Assembly (NCBI RefSeq): GCF_023055435.1
Contig: NW_025963791.1
Coordinates: forward strand, 33,232,001 to 33,296,000
Length of the DNA stretch: 64,000 nt
Source of the DNA: Haliotis rufescens
Taxonomy: Eukaryota
Direction: 5' to 3'
Part shown: positions 25,482 through 38,480 of the stretch, piece after piece
Numbering within the stretch: position 1 is the first letter of the stretch
Layout: every line of letters starts with the position of its first letter
Translations under genes and position numbers: made by a program
Notes under the pieces: generated by a model
Database searches by the model: none
What the model was told of the DNA's origin: nothing
What the model saw: the letters and a program-made list of their open reading frames with translations, nothing else

Positions 25482-26876
25482 AATAAAATATCAAGCACAC
25501 ACTTTGAGACCTCTGAAGTGATCATAACTTTATTCCAAAGGAAGCCAGAGGCATCGGACTTCTGTTTTAAAGGGAAACAACACTCCAACTCTCAGTCGTC
25601 TTGCAGGCCCTGGTTTGATTAGCCTGTATAATCAACAGGTTCCAAGTAGTGCTAAGCACAACCAGTCGAGATTATTGTCTATATGCATATTTTTAATCTG
25701 TGAAGAAAGCCCTCCATATTTCAATACGCTCTTTAAAGTTGCACTGCACTGAACAGCATTTTGGGTCAAAAATTAGTGTAGAGATTGTTGGGTCAGCTGT
25801 CACCTAATTTGGTGAAGTCCAAATGGTTCAAGATATATTTGGGGAGGTGGGGTAGCCGAGTGGCTAATGTGTTCGATTGTCACACCAAAAGCCTAGGTTT
25901 TACCATCCGTTTAGTAATATCCAAGCAATATCACGTCGGGGGAAACCAGAAATGGGCTTCACACATTGTACACATGTCGGGAATCGAGTCCGGATCTTCG
26001 GCGTGACGAGCAAACGCTTTTACCACTCGGCTACCCGACCGCCCCTGCCACAATGAAGACAAATCATTGAACAATGACTCTTGTTGAAAGACCATCACTG
26101 GAATTCACTTAGGCAGTATCCTGAAACAATACTGTTGCTGCTTTTTTGCTTTATTCCAATGTTTGTTGTATGTATTTGCTTCAGTTTCCGATTCATTTAT
26201 TACAACCAGACACACTCATAGCAGTTGAAGTAATCTGGGGCGTCTCGCATCCCAATAATGAATTCCCTGATTCCACTATGCCCAGCCACATCTGCAGCTA
26301 ATAAACACCGTGTAGGAGTGCTGGCAGTAAGAGCCATAGTTATGTTATTCATATCATCATTCTGTGATGGACAGTTTGGCTTAGTATGGCTCTTGATAAC
26401 ATGTCAAATATTCTTCTGTGATTTGAACATGCCACCATGGTGAACGTAAATTGAGAAATGTGCATGTGACCAGAAATACATAAACGTGTAGCATTACACA
26501 CGATAACATAAGAAGCAAGATAGGCTTTAATGTCGCTGTAGTGTGTGTGTGAGTAAGTGAGTATGGTTTTACTCCGCTTTTACCAATATTCCAGCAATAT
26601 CACGACGGGGGACACCAGAAATGGGATTCACACATTGTACCCATGTGGGGAATTGAACCCGGGTCTTCGGCGTGACAAGGGAACGCCTCTACCGCTAGAC
26701 TCCTACTCCAACGCCCCTCGATATCACTGTAAGGAGGTGCACTACCCATAAAGTTGATATCCATCAGTTTCTTTCAATATGAGAAATATTTTAGTCACCA
26801 ATCAAATTTTATTAAAGGGAGCCACTGACAACCACACAATAAATTAATACAGGCGAACAGGCAGGTAGATGGCTAA

Positions 26877-27380
26877 TAGGGATGAGAATTACTACCCTAG
26901 TACCCGACCCCCTATTACCTGACCCTACGAAAGTACCCGACCCCTATTAGTTGACCCTATCCAGGTACCCGACCCCCTATTTCCTGACCCTTCCCGGGTA
27001 CCCGACCCCTGTTACCTGACCCCACCCAGGTACCCGATCAACTATTACCAACACGACCAAGGAACCTGCTCTTGTTTTCGAGTTGGGTAGAAAATGTCTG
27101 ACTGGAAACTGTTTTACCGGAGACCTGGCAAAACTTAATTATTACCTACATGTATAAATAGATCTGAACATGCATACACTGAAGTTGACTAAAACCTATC
27201 TTTACTCAGACATTTATAATTCAGAAGGAATATGTGCATTGTCAGAAAGTGTAGCCATAGAGTTTTGTTGTTATTGTAATTGAACAATATATCACGTGAT
27301 TAACCAGCTATCCGGGTAATCCTGTGGACACCTGGATCCATCTCAGGACCCACCCCTCCCGAATACCCGAGCAAACCCTA
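26877..27380. mobile_element. hAT-like MITE, paralog of 5152-5965 with about 5 minisatellite units
   Basis: Same termini and TSD context. Confidence 0.75.
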
Positions 27381-27849
27381 ATAATGGCTGACAATAAAAG
27401 TACGAGGGTGAGATTCTATTTAGAGTGAGTGTGAGTTAAAAAAAAATTAACGTCACACCGGCAATATTTCAGCCATATCGTGACGAGAAGTTATTACATA
27501 TTATCACTAAATAAGAACCTGTCATCGATGGACAGTAAAATAACTAGAATATCACAGATTAATCGTTAAAAATAGCATACAAAATTATCACGAAATGTCA
27601 CAATACAACATAAAAATGAGCTATAGATCACCAGCAACCAAAGTTAGGCCACCACAATGGGGACTATGGGGGCTTATGGTACATCTGCTACCTACCTGGT
27701 GTCACAAATCTTATTAAAACATTACCTTTAAACAAGTTCTGAGATTTGTGTAAGAATATACCAAATGTTCTCAATCACTAATACTTCCTTCTCTTGTGTA
27801 TGATATAACATATAAATATATTTGAACATGAGCTTCAACCTCGTCCAAT

Positions 27850-28780
27850 TAAGCTTTGGCCGGACTTACGAAAGTTGAGTATGTCTTGTCCCAGAGAGGT
27901 GCCCCACAAGTTCTCCTAGAAGGCTACACGTTCGCTAAGAACAGGACGAAGAATGAAAATGTGTACTGGAGGTGTGTGAACAGATCTTGCAGTGGCAAGT
28001 GCACCACAGTCAGAGACTACGTTCGCGGCACGTCAGAACACAACCATCCACCTAGTGATGACCGAGCAGTGAGATTTGTCAACGCCATAAGGAAGAAGGG
28101 CATGGAAGAGACAACACCTATGCAGCAAATCTACAACGACCTCATCAGCCAACAGGAGGACGACTTGGTGCCGCATCAAGAGCTGAGGTAGACCTTCCAG
28201 ATCAGTGGACAGCGACACAAGATGGAAGAAGATTCCTGTTGTTTGCTGACGGAGAGGACGACAAGATACTGGCGTACTGCTCCGACGAGGCTCTTGAAGC
28301 ACTGCAGTCCGCAGATAAAATCTTCATAGATGGAACATTCTCTACCTGCCCTCTTCTGTGAAACCAAGTATACATTATTCACGCGATGTCAGGTTCCACA
28401 ATGTACCCTCTGGTCTACACACTCCTTCCAGATCGCCAGAGAGCTACATACACCAGACTCTTCAACCTCCTCAAGACCAAGGTTCAGCAGACCCTCGGCC
28501 GACCCCTAGCTCTATCTGTCATCCAAACAGACTTCGAACTTGCTGCCATTCAAGCTGCCGAGACTGCATTTCCTCAGAATGATGTCAAAGGCGGTCTATT
28601 CCATTTCTGTCAGGCAATATGGCGCAAAACACAAGAACTAGGACTTGCAGTTGCATACAAAGAAGATGTGGAGGTTCGCAAGTGGATACGACGAGCTGTA
28701 GGTCTGGCATTGCTGCCCCTTCTCGAGGTCCAAGATGCCTGGCTTGAAGCCATGAACCAGTGCCCCGACGTGCGCCAATC
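27850..28780 (+). mobile_element. Degenerate MULE (Mutator-like) transposase with FLYWCH zinc finger
   Basis: SQRG...YWRC...C...HNH (FLYWCH). DGTFSTCP, YPLVYTLLP, TDFELA and FHFCQAIWRK (MULE DDE domain). Stops and frameshifts. Confidence 0.85.
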
Positions 28781-29847
28781 TGATAGTTATATACTGCAGG
28801 GATAATTTTAAGCGGTGTTGTGCAAGCGAAGGCTCATCGGCCTCCACATACAAACTAGGTACAGGAGAGGTTCTAAATGATCCAAGACAGAGTCTCAGTC
28901 CTTGATGATGTATGCTATCTAATTTCCCTAAATTACTTTGAGCAGCTCCAGCATATACAATTGAACCATAATCTAGCTTAGATCTAATAAGGGATCTATA
29001 CAGGTGAAGTAAGATTGTCTGATCCCCACGCCACTTAGTATTTGCAACAACCTTTAGTAGATCCGGAACCTTCAAGCATTTAGTTTTAAGATATTTTATA
29101 TGAGGTTAAAATGTCAAATGGCGATCAAAAATAAGACCCAAGAACTTGGTCTCCTCAACAACCTTGATGGGGGCACCGTTTAACAGTAGTTCTGGGTCTT
29201 TATGCGGTCTATAATTTCAACAAAAATGGATACAATTTGTCTTTGCTTTTGAAAATCTAAAACCATTCTCAAGCAACCACTTTTGGATTTTATTTAGGCA
29301 AAGCTGCAGTTGCCTTACTATTGTGTGCATGTTTTTGCCACGACAAGATATGTTGAAGTCATCTACACAGTGTGACCCATCAATTGAGTCATTCAATGCC
29401 TTAGAGAGACTGTTAATTTTAATGCCGAATAATGTGACACCATACTGCCTTGTGGGACACCCTGATCCTGATTGTAATGGTGAGACAGGTTGAACCCACA
29501 CGGACTTGAAATTGTCTGTCGGTTAAAAAACTGGATATAAACCAAGGGAAACGACCCCACAATCCAAAATCATGAAGATCTCTTAAAATGCCATGCTTCC
29601 TAGTTGTATCATAAGCTTTTTCGTAATCGTAAAAAAATGGATACAGCATTTTGTTTGTTTATAATGGAATTCTTATGAACGATTCTAAACGTACCAGATG
29701 ATCAATGGTACTTCTATTTTCCCGGAAACCACATTGTATATCTGTGATGAGATGATTGGTTTCCAAATACCAAACTAATCGATTGTTCACCATACGCTCT
29801 ATAGTTTTGCAAATGCAACTGGTAAAAGATATAGGACGGTTATTAGA

Positions 29848-31174
29848 TTTATCATATGATATATATATATTTATCATATAATGGGTAGGTTTCTCGGCAG
29901 GATAAAGCCAACGGATAAAAACGATATCCGTTGGGGTCATATGCGGATAGAGATGCAAATATCAAAGGTCAAGTAGGACTACTTTCACTGTTTATAAACA
30001 AACATGGCGTCGCCCTCGTTATTCGGCGATCGAGTCAGAATTAACCATCGTGAATCTGGATACACTACAGGGATAATTTCTATCATTATCAAACGAACAG
30101 TCTAATATACTGAAATCAGTGTCTTACTGTGACGTAGTAGCTAAGGCATTTTATAAGTTTTTGCAACTTTCGAGGTATAAATTTCCAAACAATTTTGCGA
30201 GGGCACGAGGCCTAGCCAAGCGGGATCAGTAGCCATATCTGTGCTTGTTAGACCTCTGTGGCTTGAAACCTTCTCCACAAATCAAAATGGTCGGATTCGG
30301 CCGAAATATGTTTGAACTGTTACCTTGTTTCGATTTGTCGCTGTGTGTACATCTGACTACACTTCTTAACGTTATGAAAGGACAGACCGACTGTCAACAA
30401 CGTCTGACCGTGGCCGTGACGTCTCATAGACTAGGTTTAGAGTAGCTTCCCTTTGACAAAGGGCAGTTAATCTAGCGGACAGACCGATGGATTGCCGAGA
30501 AAGGCAATTAAAAACAACTGTTGTTTTGCGTATAAGTTGCTTCGCCACTGTATAAGAAACAGATATCAGTTGGAACTATATTGACTACTGTCACTGTCCG
30601 ACTGACACATCACTTACCCTGTGACGTAATAAATATTAAGGCTCGCTAAATACAATGTTTATTCCAAATGCAGGATATTTACCATCCCCAAACACACTCG
30701 CGTGATAACCTCTATTTATCATATACCTGGTAGGTTTCTCGGCAGGTTAGAGCCAACGGATAAAAACGTTATCCGTTGGGGTTATATGCGGATAGAGATG
30801 CAAATATCAAAGGTCAAGTAGGGACTACTTTCACTGTTCATAAACAAACATGGCGTCGCCCTTGTTATTCGTCGATCGAGTCAGAATTAACCATCGGGAA
30901 TCTGGATAATCTACAGGTATAATTGCTATCATTATCAAAAGAACAGTCTAATATACTGGAAATCAGTGTCTAACTGTGATGTAGCTAAGGAATTTTATAA
31001 GTTTTTGGCAACTTTGGAGATATAAATTTCGAAACAATTTTGCAAGGGCGCTAGGCCTAGCCAAGCGGGATCAGTAGCCATATCTGTGCTTGTAGACCAA
31101 GGCTCGCTTAATACAATGTTTTTCTTAATGCAGGATATTTACCATCTCCAAACACACTCGAGTGATAACCTCTA
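29848..31174. mobile_element. Head-to-tail dimer of a TIR-less non-autonomous element (Helitron- or Crypton-like)
   Basis: Unit 1 is 29848-30714 and unit 2 is 30715-31174 (internally deleted). Each runs TTTATCATAT...GATAACCTCTA. Inserted between A and T of the LINE RT without a TSD. Subterminal hairpin. Confidence 0.65.
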
Positions 31175-31272
31175 TGGATCTGTACGATCCCGTCCAGGTT
31201 TTGGTACAGGGACTACAATCGCATCATGCCACGAAGGAGGAAAAATCCCTGATGTCCAAATATCATCAAATA

Positions 31273-32470
31273 TATACTGAACCAAATTAAAAACTTCACA
31301 ATCCTAAAATTTTAACATTTTGACCAGTTATCATTGTGGGCCCATATTGTGTATTTAAACAGAAATGGCCACGTATTGTCTTCAGATAACACCCGTTTTT
31401 GTGCAGGTGAATCGATCAAAATCATGTGCACAGCACTATAGTGGCAAAAGTGTTTTTTCACGTGCAACTGGTCACGTGGCCATAATACCGTACATGTTTT
31501 CAGCCAAACTTGTTAGCAGTCATTAAAAAAACAAAAAAAACACAAGAAGGCTTTACGGCCATTTGTCATGCCACGCCTTTCTAATGTGCAACGTGAACGT
31601 GCCATCGGCATGTTGCAGACGGGAACGTCCGTAGCTGAAGTCGCAAGGACGATTGGTTGTAGTCGACGGACTGTTTATGATTTACAGACGCGTCTACAGC
31701 AAACGGGTACCACCACTGATCGCCCTCGGCCAGGTCGACCACGTGTGACGTCACATGCAGAAGATCGTCAGATTGTCTTACGGCACCTCCGTAACTGATT
31801 TTTGACGGCTACATCAACCAGAAATGAACTGTTTAGGGGTAGACTGAGTGCGCAAACTGTTCACAACTGTCTGAGAACTGCTCACCTTCAAGCACGACGG
31901 CCATACTGCGGGCCGATTCTGACTCAATTACACAGACGTCAACGTCAATTGTGGGCACAGCAACACGTACGATGAACTCAGGGGAATTGGAATCAAGCCG
32001 TCTTCATTGATGAATCCCGATTTAATCTTCGATTTGCTGATGGTAGGTCGCCGTCATGAACGTTACGCCCAGTGTTGTGTACAGGAAGTTGACAGATTTC
32101 GAGGCGGAAGTGTCATGGTGTGGGGTGCTTTCTGTGGCAATGCACGTTCCAGGCTTTTTGTCATCCGTGGCAACCTCAACGCTGATGCTTACCGCGACCA
32201 GGTACTGGCACCAGAACTTCTGCCTTTTATGGCAGCTCATGGACCCGGTTTGATCTTCCAACACGACAATGCCAGACCCCACACAGCAATTTTGACAAGG
32301 AATTTCCTTCAGAATGTGGGAGTCAACGTCATGGACTGGCCGTCAAGGTCTCCCGACCTCAATCCCATCGAACACGTCTGGGATGCTCTTGGCAGAAGTC
32401 CGCGCACTCTCCAGAACCAACCACAGTATTTGCAAGATCTTGGCACCATTTTGCAGCAACAATGGCAGAT
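31273..32470 (+). mobile_element. Degenerate Tc1-like (DD34E) transposon, 3'-truncated
   Basis: HTH MPRLS...GRPRVTS, FIDESRF, FQHDNARPH and WPSRSPDLNPIEHVW. Premature stops and a frameshift. Starts at a TA. Confidence 0.88.
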
Positions 32471-33739
32471 TAAACATGTTACATTTCCTGACATCACATT
32501 TATCTGTGTTCTTAAGATAGGTTTCTTGTGAACACAAAGCTGATGGTTTAGAATCTTGAATTAAAAGCTGTAAATCATGAAAATTATTTCTATATCCTCT
32601 ACAATTCCATCAAAGTATGTTGGACGATTGAGTCATGGTGGCTCAATCTGCGAACGCTCACGTACACGTGAGGAGGAAGGACTCCTACTTCTGCTCTGTG
32701 ACGATGGTGTTACATCCATGTCCAGAGCATCAAAGGCGTTATGAACAATTATCTCTGAAGATGAGGAGTTCCTGGTTGTCTGATTTCTATTAAGTGTTTT
32801 TCTTTTTCTTTCTTTTCTGGTCAAAGGTTGCATGTCTGGTTCTACAGCATCAGATTCTTTAGTGACAAGCACTTCAGCATCAGACACCGTATTGTCTAGT
32901 TCAGAGAGATTCCATCAGGATACTAGCATCTTAGACTATCAATAGTGTACATCTATACGCATGCGCGGCGTGAGTCCCAGTAAGCCGTCAGCCTGTACAG
33001 ACGTCTCTTAGTATATCAGTAAACAGTGATTAACCAAACCCCGCGTTCGTTATGCAGTTATCAGCTGATACGACAACCTGAGAACATTACAACTGTAATC
33101 ATAGACTTTTTTTATTTGTGGAAAAAATACATTTTGCTCGTGCTGTGTGCAAATGATATTTTTAAATGAACCTATGATTAAGTATGTAACACAAAACAAA
33201 GTAAAACTAATTCATTGAAGTTTTCATTCATCGATTTTATTTGAACTGGAGTCACGGACATATCACGGGCTAGACACTGCGAATTCAAAGCACGTCTCGC
33301 AGGCAGTTCGCTGGTGGGCGTGGGCTAATTTCTATTTATTGTGTCTATAGACGTACACACTTAAAATTCTGGTGTGCATACTTTGCATCAGTCTGCATAT
33401 AAAGTGTGCACCTCCAAAACACAAAAATATATCTCACTCCATAAATGAGTCAACAAAAATAACTTCATACGCTGCTTTGTTAGTCATCAACACAAACCAC
33501 TGTAGACCATACAACATCTGATTTGTTTTACTGGAGCCCAAGCAAAAAGCCCGATATACGTATAAAACGATCTGGTCATGCATACACTGAAGTTGTTTGA
33601 GGCTTTATCTTTACTCAAACATATAGACGTCAGAAGGAATGTGTGCATAGTCAGAAAGAAATGCGAACATTAGAGATTTGTAGTTTTTTTTAACCATGGA
33701 GTTTTATTGTCATTGTCGTTTAACAATATACCCCGTGAC

Positions 33740-33867
33740 NNNNNNNNNNNNNNNNNNNNNNNNNNNNNNNNNNNNNNNNNNNNNNNNNNNNNNNNNNNNN
33801 NNNNNNNNNNNNNNNNNNNNNNNNNNNNNNNNNNNNNNNNNNNNNNNNNNNNNNNNNNNNNNNNNNN
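33740..33867. other. Assembly gap
   Basis: N run. Confidence 0.95.
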
Positions 33868-34068
33868 AACCTTTATATGTCTGTATTTTGGGCCACTGGC
33901 CTCTATACTGAATAATTGTCTTGTCTTGCCTAATGTTATGTGTAATGATGTGAAAATAATGTCTATGGATACACCTTTGTATGATCATTCACATCCCAAT
34001 CGGAAAAGACCATAGTGCATTTAACACCAGCGATAGTGATGATTGAAAGCATGCAGTGGTTGATGTGA

Positions 34069-35696
34069 CTACATGAAGTTGATTTCGTGTGTCTGACCTC
34101 CACCACAAATATACAGTGTGTCATGTCTATCGACATACAATCCATATGGATCACAGTCAATGTCCTGATGATCTGTGACATAATCCCCTGTCTCTGTAAG
34201 CCTTGTAACATTACTGCTGCCTGCAAGCAGGATGTCTCCTGTTGGAGTAGTTGAGATACCATAAGGGCTAAGTGCTCTGTCTCCAGTAGGGGCGTATCTC
34301 CACACAACATCCCCCTCTGACGTCACACATGTCACAGACTTCTTCTCCCAGTCAGACACGAGTATGTTGCCCTTGTTGTTGACACACATGTAGAAGAGGG
34401 GGGCAAACAGTGTCTCATTGTTGTGTGTAGTGACTGACCTCAGCACGTGTCCTGCCATGTCAAGGATGTCAACACAGGCGGTAGTACCTGCTGCTAGAGA
34501 TGAAGGACTCAGAACAGCGAGACTGCAGTAGTCCATGCTCGTTGTGATGGTTGAGAGCAGCACCAGGTCAGGGGTCACTTCCACTGTAACAATCTGACTG
34601 GAGTCAGGGACAGCAACCATCACCTGCTTCTCCTTCAACTGTGTTGCACCACATGGAAAGTTATCCAGGGGAAGTTTACTTTGGCATGTCAAGTTTTTTC
34701 TGGTGTAGAAGGATTTCACACACTTGTTATTTAAGTCAGTGACCACAACTGTCTGTATGCCATCTACAACCAGAACTGTGACGTCACATAGAGCAGGCTC
34801 AACTTCATCACCCGCCATCTTCCAATCTATCGTGTCAATCAGCACTGGAGACGGCAGACACGTGCCCTGATCCTGGTATGTGACGTCAATCTTCCCCAGC
34901 TGTAGGTCATCTAGGATGTGCTGGACGTTGTCAGTGTCAGGTGTAAACCTGATGTCATCTATTCTCCGTGTGTCTGCTGTGTCTGTGTCCCTGACATCCC
35001 CCAACTCTACAGCCCCCGATTCCCAGGCCTGATAGGCGTCATACAGGTCCATATCACAGTCCGATACCAAGGCCTGGTCAATGAACTCACAATGTTGTCT
35101 GTACATCTGCATCTCAATCTCGTCAAGTTTTACATCTACTTTAAGTTCCTTAGTTTGTTTGTCTGTAATATCCCTGACTTCATTCTTCAGTTGTTTTCCT
35201 TTCTGCTTGATGTTGGCGATGGCTCTCTCAACAACAGATTTGATATCCTTTTCTACTGCTATTTTGTTTTTCTCAATTCCGCTAATCTTCTTGTTTGTTT
35301 TCTGAACAATTGTATGTTTTCTATGTATTTTCTTTGATAACTGTTCCGCGCTTTTTCTCAAGTGGTATTTCATAGTTGGCATCATTGACTCTGTGGTAAT
35401 GACAGACTCACATTGCCTGTGGTGAATAACACAACATGTCGAACACACGACTTTGTGGCAGTCTTTACACACAAGCTTTATAACCTCATCCTTGTGTTCC
35501 CTGCACATGACCTTGCGTCTCCTCTTCACCTTGACCTCTCCTGAAAGGTCACAGATTTCATGGTCATGTGATGCTGGACTTGCACGATGCATCTTGACAC
35601 ATCTTTCGCAGAGGGACACTTGACACTCAGAACACCATGAGGCTCCCTGAGTTGTCTCCCCTAACTTCTCACACACAGAGCAACATGAAACGGAAC
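34069..35696 (-). CDS. TRIM copy 3 large exon (B-boxes, coiled coil, NHL-like propeller)
   Basis: Open frame and canonical acceptor. 641 aa spliced. Confidence 0.92.
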
Positions 35697-36647
35697 CTGT
35701 AAGTGGACATTTCTATGGTTAATGGAGATATTATAACTGTATTTACATAAATTACGAGATAGAAAATTCAGGAAAAATTGTTCTTTTTTGAAAGTTATTA
35801 ACAGTGCTTGCGGTATAGGATTGGTGATAAAGTGTTGTCTTGTCAGGGTTATTTGATATTCTTGTGTGGGGGGAATAGGGGTAGATTTTGGGAGTCTAGG
35901 GTTTGATCGAAAACTTAAACAATTACATGAGAAAATGCTTGAATAAAATTGTTATGCTTGAGACATTGGCTGCCATAAAATTACACTGTTAATAATTTTA
36001 TGTAGGCTTATAGTTCTGATCAAAATGAAACAGACCTTTTGAAATGGGATTTTGTATTGAGATTAGATATTTTCAGCCCGAGCTACAGAACCTGATATTT
36101 AAAAAAAATTATAATAATTTATATATATCTTTGAGCCTGAATTTGTTTTAAGAAACAAGTACTGGCAATTTTTTTTTCTCAACAATTTGAAGCATAATTA
36201 TGTTTTTGAACAACATTTGGGGAGAAAATATTTTTTCGATAATATCCCCGCCTGAACCCAACCCCTGAGAACATCAAATGACTGCGCCCTTACAATTAAC
36301 TTTACATATTGTAGACATGTTTAGCTATTTTGTTTTCAAGAGCATTATCGATCACCTGGTCACAATAACTGTTACGTATACTAGTATTTATATATATTAT
36401 GTCCGCATCATATTCAATGTTAATAATGAACATGTTAATAAGTAGTATCATAGCTAAAATATATAGTACGCCTTTCTTAAAGTGCTTTGGATACAGTAGA
36501 GACATGCTTTTGATGGATAAATGTGTATTTTCTGGTGTTTATTTGAGTCAATTGTTATCATTGGAACAGTGTCTCACTGCAATACTGTAATTATACTATG
36601 TATCTAAAAAACATCAAATACCATTAAAATGCACATGTTATCAATAC

Positions 36648-36945
36648 CCGTTTTGACAACGTCGGCTTGTGTGTCAATCAGTCCCTGTATAATGATGCTG
36701 GGTTTGATCTGCCCCGCCCATTCCTCCACTGGCCGGTTGAGGTCAGGGACGTTGGTATCTTGTCGACAGAAGGCACAAGGGATCGTCTTGGACTGTACAG
36801 CATCTGGTCTGGTTTGGATGTACTTGGTGACACATTTCCTGCAAAATGTGTGATCACACCTCATTGTACAGGGGTCTGTGTACAGTTCCTGGCAGATCAC
36901 ACAGGTGAGGAATTCTCTCACTTCCCCAATCTGGGCTGTCGCCAT
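36648..36945 (-). CDS. TRIM copy 3 RING exon
   Basis: MATAQIGEV... intact RING, ttccag|ATG acceptor and G|GTATT donor, 298 nt. Confidence 0.9.
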
Positions 36946-37299
36946 CTGGAAAACAAGAATGAAAGTCACATAAATCATTTTTCAATTTTTCAAAAAATAT
37001 CACTTCGTCCGTCCCTGTAATGGGGCAATTTTGGTTGGCACATACTGAAAATATGTTGTAGAGAGCCATTTCGAACTTACCTTCCGCATCAAGCTGACAT
37101 GGTATTACTGAAATACTGTTCAAAGAGGGATAACACCAAACTCATTCACGTGTTGAGTGCATCATTTAATATGTTGAAACGTCTATTATTCGATGTCAAA
37201 CGTGTAGTTTGTCTCTGAGAAGTCAATGTTGTTTCTATGCCGAAACAACATCACAGTCAACTACACAATAGCGATCAGTATTATATGTAGAGTGTCGAC

Positions 37300-37560
37300 C
37301 AGGCAAACCAACTGCTGACATCATGAGCATCGAATCACCTCACCAGGGTACGATGAGACACAGTCAGCCAGGTCTCACATTGTAACAAACGGTTCAAATA
37401 TGAAATTGTCGCTCTTATGAATTCTTGTTCCAAATTTGATGGCGTTTTTGTGTCAAACAGGCAAACTCACAGCTGCTGATGTGACGAGCATGGAGTCAAG
37501 ACGTCAGGGTTACGATTAGACAGTCAGCCAGGTCTCACATTGTAACAAACGGTTCAAATT
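37300..37560. repeat. Tandem duplication with a period of about 157 bp
   Basis: acagtcagccaggtctcacattgtaacaaacggttcaaat occurs twice. Confidence 0.75.
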
Positions 37561-38169
37561 GAGTCACTCTGGTGATAAGACTTGACATATATATTCAGCC
37601 ACAAGTGGGATAGTCTCTCAATACATCCGGCTTTAATATTCTGTTAAAATCAACCGGACGATTTAACCAAAAACTGATAAAAATGTGTTCCCAAAATGAC
37701 TATACATAGTGCTATAGGAATACATTATTCTACATATTGATATCACGCCAAGCAAGGCCCATTAACTCATTATCTAATAACTTACTGGCTCTGTTGTTAA
37801 AAACAAGGTTTTTGTTTCCACACAATTAAGGATTTACCTTGTAGAGATGAACTCATACTAATATACATGAATTATTGTGACAATGTGAGGTGAGGCTTAA
37901 TTAATGCCAATTAAACTCACACAGGTTTGACATTGTCATCATTATTTGAAATGCACACGTGTTTGAACTTTGAAAATCTACCAACAGTCAGTATAAATGA
38001 ATAAATAATGTTAACACCAAGCCTTGTGAATGTGTGGTTTTTTCATGGAGAAGGGTTGTCAGTATGAGATCAGATAATCGACAGCGTTTCCGTTGGGAAT
38101 ATTCATTTAATTCTGCATTCGTTTTTTCCGAATTATCGAGTTGATGCATGTTGAGGGTAGTTGGTGTCC

Positions 38170-38480
38170 TTGTACTATAACTAAAGACTGTTCTGTACAA
38201 CTTAACCCGAATTATCACACGAAGCAACAAACACTCCTAAATCTCACTAGTCTTGATTCGCCTCCACTGGATACCGGCCTCAGTAAGGATCGAACATAAG
38301 ATACTAAGTATCGCCTACCTATGTATTAAAGGCTCAGCTCCATCATACCTATCAAGTTTGGTGAGAGAATACGTACCATCTAGATACCCCAGATCGACCA
38401 GCGTCTCAATGCTCACCATACCACCAACATGCGACCACAGACGCTGTTTCTCCACATTTACTTCACTTTTGAACAATCAA
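38170..38480 (+). mobile_element. L2/CR1-group LINE 3' ORF2 fragment
   Basis: LHWIPASVRIEHKIL...GSAPSYLSSL...YVPSRYPRS is typical of the L2 ORF2 C-terminus. Confidence 0.75.

Larger units (their letters stand above)
27424..32920 (-). mobile_element. Paralogous copy of the I/Nimb LINE, fragmented by nested insertions
   Basis: Same insertion point (ctattta|gagtgag). 3' UTR 27424-~27700, RT ~28780-29847 and 31175-31270 (IWTSGIFPPSWHDAIVVPVPKPG), APE N-terminus ~32470-32636 (WNCRG...QETYLK), ORF1 C-terminus 32633-32920. Confidence 0.8.
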
